Below are positions 57,355-64,000 of a DNA stretch of 64,000 nucleotides, in pieces (positions within the stretch are counted from its first letter, which is position 1; every line of letters begins with the position of its first letter). The DNA comes from Eukaryota sp. TZLM1-RC (taxonomy: Eukaryota; Protista; Metamonada: BaSk clade), in NCBI GenBank assembly GCA_040285825.1, contig JAUPSS010000014.1, positions 314,337 to 378,336 on the forward strand, read 5' to 3'. The notes under the pieces were generated by a model, which worked only from the letters and a program-made list of their open reading frames with translations, was not told where the DNA came from and made no database searches. The position numbers and the translations under genes were made by a program.

Positions 57355-58347
57355 ATGGAATATGGACTCAAAGGGCTTCAGAGGTCCTCTACAAACATGC
57401 CATTAGAACTTACCCCTCCTTCTGCTCTTTTTAAAGAAGATGAACTTCCGGGTTTACTTAATGTAGCCCGGCAACATCTTGCAGCATTTGTCATTCAACG
57501 ATCCTACCGTGCATACCGCTCTATGAAACTTCTTCAATCTTATTGTTCAGATCCTGCTAGCTATCCTCACTTCATGCGTTGTGTTAAAACCCTTCAGCGA
57601 GCAGTGCGATCCCATCTTCAACGAAAGATTATTTCAAACTCTATTTCTTCTATTCCTTGTCACCAACATACTTCTAGTCCCAAGTATCTGCCAGAAGATG
57701 AATTTATGAATGAATATTGTATGATGTTTAGTGAATCACAGAATAAAGCACATTCTCCTCCACCGTCCCCAGAGGTGGCTCCCTCTTCTTTTCCCATTGA
57801 AGATTTCATGGATGATTATGTCCAGGAAAATTCACAGTTAGAGTTTGGAGAGGACAGTTCTAACCCCAGCCCTAACCCTAACCCTAACCTTTGTTTAACA
57901 GACGATGATCCTGAAACAATCGATGATGCAAACCTTATAAGTAAGGAAGCTATTAGTGATAGTCCTAATGTACCTCCACCAGATGATGAAAAGCTTCTTT
58001 TTGACTCTTACATCATTATAGATCACGATGACGAATCACCTCATTCACCTCCCATTTCTTTATCAGTCCATGACTTTTGTCCCCCTTCAGAACATTCTTC
58101 TCCTTGTACAACTCCCCCAGAACCAGTAAAGAAGACCTTTCCCACTCCCCCGTTATCACCTGAGAATTGTCAATTCCAAGTCCACTCTGATGTTCAAATA
58201 GAAGCCTTATCGCCAAGAACCCCGACAGGCTCTGTGTCGGGTGAAGAAGCTTTGAATGAGGAGAATAGGCCAAGGGAAGTTGCTGAAGTAGAGGATGTGC
58301 AGAATAAACGACGGGGTTGGTTCTTCTTTAGGTGTTGTTGTGGATAG
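57355..58347 (+). CDS. IQ-motif protein with acidic/Pro-rich tail; start may be ATG 57397
   Basis: AAFVIQRSYRAYR and VKTLQRAVRSHL IQ motifs; ends RRGWFFFRCCCG. Confidence 0.7.
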   Translation: MEYGLKGLQRSSTNMPLELTPPSALFKEDELPGLLNVARQHLAAFVIQRSYRAYRSMKLLQSYCSDPASYPHFMRCVKTLQRAVRSHLQRKIISNSISSIPCHQHTSSPKYLPEDEFMNEYCMMFSESQNKAHSPPPSPEVAPSSFPIEDFMDDYVQENSQLEFGEDSSNPSPNPNPNLCLTDDDPETIDDANLISKEAISDSPNVPPPDDEKLLFDSYIIIDHDDESPHSPPISLSVHDFCPPSEHSSPCTTPPEPVKKTFPTPPLSPENCQFQVHSDVQIEALSPRTPTGSVSGEEALNEENRPREVAEVEDVQNKRRGWFFFRCCCG

Positions 58348-58564
58348 TTTGGATTTGTTTTTTTTTCTTTTAGATTTTGTACATTAGATTAGGTTGTCTT
58401 TGTGTAATTAATTACCCCTATGGTTTTGTAAATTATATCCTTCTCGATGTTTACAATATCATTTACTGTCTTGGCACTTTGAACACCTATGTGAATGATT
58501 CAATCAACGGAAATTTACTCCAATTTCAAATTGGGAATTTCAAAAAAATTCTTGCAGAATTTCG

Positions 58565-59410
58565 ATGACATCCGTTCCAAACTTTTCACCTATTTATGGA
58601 CTTGCCAGAAAGGCCTCACTATGTGAAGAAGTTTTGAACAGGATGCCATCTGCCCGTCCTGCCCCGACCATCATTGCTATTGGTATTTCTATACCGTTTT
58701 AACTAACTTTAGCTGGTGGTACGGCCAGTGGGAAAACTACTCTCTGTCGCAAGATTGTTGATATGCTTGGTCTCGAAAAGTCCCGAGTTGCCATCATTTC
58801 TCAAGACAGTTTCTACAAGGTCTTGTCTGAAGAAGAAAGAAATCTCCTCAAGCAAGGACTCTACAACTTTGATTCCCCAGACGCTTTTGACAAGCCTCTA
58901 TTTATAGACACTCTGGCTCGCCTTCGTGAGGGAAAGGCAGCTGATATTCCCACTTATGATTACACCACAAGTTCCCGTGCTCCTCAAGTGACTCGAGTCG
59001 AACTTGTTGAATGTGTCCTCGTGGAAGGAATCTTAACCCTAGCACCAGAATATGTACATCTCTATGACATGAAACTTTTTGTGGACACTGATAGTGATGT
59101 CAGATTAGCACGAAGAATTCGTCGTGATACTGCTGAAAGGGGAAGATCTGTGGAATCTGTATTGACCCAGTACATTACCCACGTGAAGCCCTCTTATGAT
59201 CAGTACGTCAAACCCTGCAAAAGGCATGCAGACCTAGTCATTCCTTGGGGTGCTGAGAACAAGGTTGCAGTAAAATTGATTACTCGCCAGATACAGCATG
59301 TCCTAAATGCAGGTTCTCTTTCTAGAACTGTTCCTGAAAGGGCTGCATCTCGTTCTAGTCACTCTTCAGTCAGTGATGATCCAGTAGATATTGCTGGAGA
59401 ATTCTTTTAG
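58565..59410 (+). CDS. UCK: Uridine(-cytidine) kinase, two exons (58565-58682, 58713-59410)
   Basis: Removing a 30-nt GT-AG intron restores IIAIAGGTASGKTT; also SQDSFYK, NFDSPDAFD, IPTYDY, VEGIL, FVDTDSDVRLARRIRRD..ERGR, VKP, ADLVIP. Confidence 0.93.
58683..58712 (+). other. Spliceosomal intron (30 nt)
   Basis: GTATTT...ACTAACTTTAG; splicing restores the Walker A frame. Confidence 0.9.
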
Positions 59411-60373
59411 TGTTTAGTCTTTTTATCTAAGTTGTTGTTGATAAACTACAACTCCATCCTCAGTTTTGGCAATTAATCTGCAGACGTTTTTGGGATTTTT
59501 CTCTCTATTTTGATTGCCGTTAGCATTTTTCTTGTGAATAAAATATCCTTAATTTTTTGGTTTTTTATCTATTTGAGTTGGAATTCGATAATTGCTACTG
59601 CGAAAGTTGAAAACTTAAACTTAAAAACACAGAATTATAACTCTTCCAAGTTAATACTGTTACTATGGGGAAATCTTTAGGGGTTAAAATGTCTTTGGAT
59701 TGGTTTTGATCAACATCAATAACAGAGCCAATTATAAGAAGATTACTATAAAATATTGATGAAGATTTTTATTTCGGGTGGTATTATGTACTTATTCTGT
59801 TTATTTATTAAAAATAGACTGTATCGGTCATTCCTCAAAGATAAACAACCACCAAAGTACCATCAAGCATCAAGGTGTACGATTGGTTGTGTCCAAAAGC
59901 CATATATATAAGTTACAAATGCTAAAACAATGGTAAAGAAACAATTTGAAATATATAATACCAAATTTATAACGTTGAAAGTGGGTTTATCCTTGCTTGA
60001 GAAGAACAAGGCTGTCTTTTTCACTGTTCTGTTTCAACTGTTTGATGGAAAAATAGTGATGTTTGAGGAACAATAACGAATTACTCTTTGTAAACACTAC
60101 AAACATCTACAAACATTATGTTCATTCATAAATTATGGTTGTTGAATTCAAAAGCACAGTCAAAATTTTCACAGGTTTTTTTCATAATGTTTATTTATTA
60201 ACCAACTTATATATCAGCATATAAATAATTCATCTCTCCCAAAACAAAACAACTAAATACAACTCTCTCAAGTGTTCTATTGAACCAAATTATATAAAGC
60301 AGTTGAGTGTTTCAAATTAGAATTATGTTTTGTATTTAATAATGTTTACATTCGCAACTGATACTTTACAAAT

Positions 60374-60492
60374 GGATGCGGCCATACTTGGTCTATAGTA
60401 CCGGATCCCATTCCGAATTCCGAAGTTAAGGGGCCACAGCCCTGGTTAGTAGTTGGGTGGGAGACCACCAGCGAACACTGGGTGCTGCATCC
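60374..60492 (+). rRNA. 5S rRNA copy 1 (edge variant)
   Basis: GGATGCGGCCATAC..CCGGATCCCATTCCGAATTCCGAAGTTAAG..GCTGCATCC followed by TTTT. Confidence 0.93.
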
Positions 60493-60733
60493 TTTTAACT
60501 TTTGTTTGGATTATTATTTCATTATTGAAATTTCCTTGATCTTTTCAAGATCGCATTTGTGTGATTTATGGTCTTAACATTTTTTGAAAACAAAACATCT
60601 CTTCGAATTTTGAAAAAATCAATTAAAACCAGTGTTTTATTGAATTAAATTGCATCAAACAGTTGATAATTTCAAATTAGAATTATGTTTTGTATTTAAT
60701 AATGTTTACATTCGCAACTGGTACTTTACAATT

Positions 60734-60853
60734 GGATGCGGCCATACTTAGATCTATAGCACCGGATCCCATTCCGAATTCCGAAGTTAAGCGGCCACAG
60801 GCCTGGTCAGTAGTTGGGTGGGAGACCACCAGCGAACACTGAGTGCTGCATCC
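60734..60853 (+). rRNA. 5S rRNA copy 2 (variant, +1 nt, no adjacent T-run)
   Basis: CTTAGATCT instead of CTTGGTCT; followed by ATATAAC. Confidence 0.85.
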
Positions 60854-61094
60854 ATATAACTTTTGTTTGGATTATTATTTCTTTACTGAAATTTCCTTGA
60901 CCTTTTCAAGATCGCATTTGTGTGATTTATAGTCTTAACATTTTTTGAAAACAAAACATCTCATTGAATTTTGAATAATTCAATTAAAACCAGTGTTTTA
61001 TTGAACCAAATTGTACCAAACAGTTGGTGATTTCACATTAAAATTATGTTTTGTATTTAATAATGTTGACATTCGCAACTGGTACTTTACAATT

Positions 61095-61213
61095 GGATGC
61101 GGCCATACTTGGTCTATAGCACCGGATCCCATTCCGAATTCCGAAGTTAAGCGGCCACAGGCCTGGTCAGTAGTTGGGTGGGAGACCACCAGCGAACACT
61201 GGGTGCTGCATCC
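61095..61213 (+). rRNA. 5S rRNA copy 3
   Basis: 119 nt, terminal helix GGATGC/GCATCC, TTTT terminator. Confidence 0.95.
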
Positions 61214-61453
61214 TTTTAACTTTTGTTTGGATTAATATTTCTTTACTGAAATTTCCTTGAACTTTAAAGGTCGCATTTGTGTGATTTATGGTCTTGAAAT
61301 TTTTTGAAAACAAAACATCTCTTCGAATTTTGAATAAATCAATTACAACCAGTGTTCTATTGAACCCAATAATATCAAACAGATGATGATTTCAAATTAG
61401 AATTATGTTTTGCATTTAATAATGTTTACATTCGCAACTGGTACTTTACAGTT

Positions 61454-61572
61454 GGATGCGGCCATACTTGGTCTATAGCACCGGATCCCATTCCGAATTC
61501 CGAAGTTAAGGGGCCACAGGCCTGGTCAGTAGTTGGGTGGGAGACCACCAGCGAACACTGGGTGCTGCATCC
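61454..61572 (+). rRNA. 5S rRNA copy 4
   Basis: As copy 3, AAGGGG variant. Confidence 0.95.
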
Positions 61573-61812
61573 TTTTAACTTTTGTTTGGATTAATATTTT
61601 TTTACTGAAATTTCCTTGAACTTTAAAGGTCGCATTTGTGTGATTTATGGTCTTGAAATTTTTTGAAAACAAAACATCTCTTCGAATTTTGAATAAATCA
61701 ATTACAACCAGTGTTCTATTGAACCCAATAATATCAAACAGATGATGATTTCAAATTAGAATTATGTTTTGTATTTAATAATGTTTACATTCGCAACTGA
61801 TACTTTACAAAT

Positions 61813-61932
61813 GGATGCGGTCATACTTAGATCTATAGCACCGGATCCCATTCCGAATTCCGAAGTTAAGCGGCCACAGGCCTGGTCAGTAGTTGGGTGG
61901 GAGACCACCAGCGAACACTGAGTGCTGCATCC
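61813..61932 (+). rRNA. 5S rRNA copy 5 (variant like copy 2)
   Basis: CTTAGATCT insertion; followed by ATATAAC. Confidence 0.85.
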
Positions 61933-62173
61933 ATATAACTTTTGTTTGGATTATTATTTCTTTACTGAAATTTCCTTGACCTTTTCAAGATCGCATTTGT
62001 GTGATTTATAGTCTTAACATTTTTTGAAAACAAAACATCTCATTGAATTTTGAATAATTCAATTAAAACCAGTGTTTTATTGAACCAAATTGTACCAAAC
62101 AGTTGGTGATTTCACATTAAAATTATGTTTTGTATTTAATAATGTTGACATTCGCAACTGGTACTTTACAATT

Positions 62174-62292
62174 GGATGCGGCCATACTTGGTCTATAGCA
62201 CCGGATCCCATTCCGAATTCCGAAGTTAAGCGGCCACAGGCCTGGTCAGTAGTTGGGTGGGAGACCACCAGCGAACACTGGGTGCTGCATCC
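62174..62292 (+). rRNA. 5S rRNA copy 6
   Basis: As copy 3; followed by TTCT. Confidence 0.95.
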
Positions 62293-62531
62293 TTCTAACT
62301 TTTGTTTGGATTAATATTTCTTTACTGAAATTTCCTTGAACTTTAAAGGTCGCATTTGTGTGATTTATGGTCTTGAAATTTTTGAAAACAAAACATCTCT
62401 TCGAATTTTGAATAAATCAATTACAACCAGTGTTCTATTGAACCCAATAATATCAAACAGATGATGATTTCAAATTAGAATTATGTTTTGCATTTAATAA
62501 TGTTTACATTCGCAACTGGTACTTTACAGTT

Positions 62532-62650
62532 GGATGCGGCCATACTTGGTCTATAGCACCGGATCCCATTCCGAATTCCGAAGTTAAGGGGCCACAGGCC
62601 TGGTCAGTAGTTGGGTGGGAGACCACCAGCGAACACTGGGTGCTGCATCC
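62532..62650 (+). rRNA. 5S rRNA copy 7
   Basis: As copy 4. Confidence 0.95.
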
Positions 62651-62890
62651 TTTTAACTTTTGTTTGGATTAATATTTTTTTACTGAAATTTCCTTGAACT
62701 TTAAAGGTCGCATTTGTGTGATTTATGGTCTTGAAATTTTTTGAAAACAAAACATCTCTTCGAATTTTGAATAAATCAATTACAACCAGTGTTCTATTGA
62801 ACCCAATAATATCAAACAGATGATGATTTCAAATTAGAATTATGTTTTGTATTTAATAATGTTTACATTCGCAACTGGTACTTTACAGTT

Positions 62891-63009
62891 GGATGCGGCC
62901 ATACTTGGTCTATAGCACCGGATCCCATTCGGAATTCCGAAGTTAAGGGGCCACAGGCCTGGTCAGTAGTTGGGTGGGAGACCACCAGCGAACACTGGGT
63001 GCTGCATCC
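62891..63009 (+). rRNA. 5S rRNA copy 8
   Basis: As copy 4 with one substitution (TTCGGAA). Confidence 0.93.
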
Positions 63010-63250
63010 TTTTAACTTTTGTTTGGATTAATATTTCTTTACTGAAATTTCCTTGACCTTTTCAAGATCGCATTTGTGTGATTTATAGTCTTAACATTTT
63101 TTGAAAACAAAACATCTCATTGAATTTTGAATAATTCAATTAAAACCAGTGTTTTATTGAACCAAATTGTACCAAACAGTTGGTGATTTCACATTAAAAT
63201 TATGTTTTGTATTTAATAATGTTGACATTCGCAACTGGTACTTTACAATT

Positions 63251-63369
63251 GGATGCGGCCATACTTGGTCTATAGCACCGGATCCCATTCCGAATTCCGA
63301 AGTTAAGCGGCCACAGGCCTGGTCAGTAGTTGGGTGGGAGACCACCAGCGAACACTGGGTGCTGCATCC
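63251..63369 (+). rRNA. 5S rRNA copy 9
   Basis: As copy 3. Confidence 0.95.
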
Positions 63370-63609
63370 TTTTAACTTTTGTTTGGATTAATATTTCTTT
63401 ACTGAAATTTCCTTGAACTTTAAAGGTCGCATTTGTGTGATTTATGGTCTTGAAATTTTTTGAAAACAAAACATCTCTTCGAATTTTGAATAAATCAATT
63501 ACAACCAGTGTTCTATTGAACCCAATAATATCAAACAGATGATGATTTCAAATTAGAATTATGTTTTGCATTTAATAATGTTTACATTCGCAACTGGTAC
63601 TTTACAGTT

Positions 63610-63728
63610 GGATGCGGCCATACTTGGTCTATAGCACCGGATCCCATTCCGAATTCCGAAGTTAAGGGGCCACAGGCCTGGTCAGTAGTTGGGTGGGAGA
63701 CCACCAGCGAACACTGGGTGCTGCATCC
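63610..63728 (+). rRNA. 5S rRNA copy 10
   Basis: As copy 4. Confidence 0.95.
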
Positions 63729-63968
63729 TTTTAACTTTTGTTTGGATTAATATTTTTTTACTGAAATTTCCTTGAACTTTAAAGGTCGCATTTGTGTGAT
63801 TTATGGTCTTGAAATTTTTTGAAAACAAAACATCTCTTCGAATTTTGAATAAATCAATTACAACCAGTGTTCTATTGAACCCAATAATATCAAACAGATG
63901 ATGATTTCAAATTAGAATTATGTTTTGTATTTAATAATGTTTACATTCGCAACTGGTACTTTACAGTT

Positions 63969-64000
63969 GGATGCGGCCATACTTGGTCTATAGCACCGGA
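63969..64000 (+). rRNA. 5S rRNA copy 11 (partial)
   Basis: 5' end only, at the window edge. Confidence 0.9.

Larger units (their letters stand above)
60270..64000 (+). repeat. 5S rDNA tandem array, ~359-361 bp unit, runs off the window end
   Basis: Ten complete units and one partial unit. Confidence 0.97.

Noticed and set aside
60998-63391. Repeated 63-74 aa ORFs in the terminal array
   Set aside because: They are chance translations of 5S rRNA and spacer.
60270-64000. CRISPR-like repeat/spacer appearance
   Set aside because: The spacers are near-identical, the conserved part is 5S rRNA, and there are no cas genes.

Overview
AT-rich eukaryotic DNA, probably from a protist (compact genes, a ~30-nt GT-AG intron, tandem 5S rDNA). 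The left ~23 kb and ~39-47 kb form a rearranged accessory region. It holds the 3' end of a chromodomain Ty3/gypsy retrotransposon with a very short (81 bp) LTR, three solo LTRs of 65-143 bp with 4-bp TSDs, many decayed CRE-like RT/RLE non-LTR retrotransposons, and three near-identical copies of a Crinkler-type NTPase + PD-(D/E)xK nuclease gene spread by segmental duplication, plus kinase, LRR and AAA remnants. Housekeeping genes are eIF2B-delta, a METTL7-like methyltransferase, an intronless DNA-PKcs, CPSF73, a COMM-domain protein, an IQ-motif protein and uridine kinase. Five decayed Fanzor1 (eukaryotic TnpB-like RNA-guided nuclease) copies from at least three lineages lie between these genes, two with hairpin-rich 3' regions that are candidate omegaRNA scaffolds. 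The window ends in a 5S rRNA array (~360-bp unit, 3-unit higher-order period). All calls come from motif recognition and manual alignment; no database searches were run.
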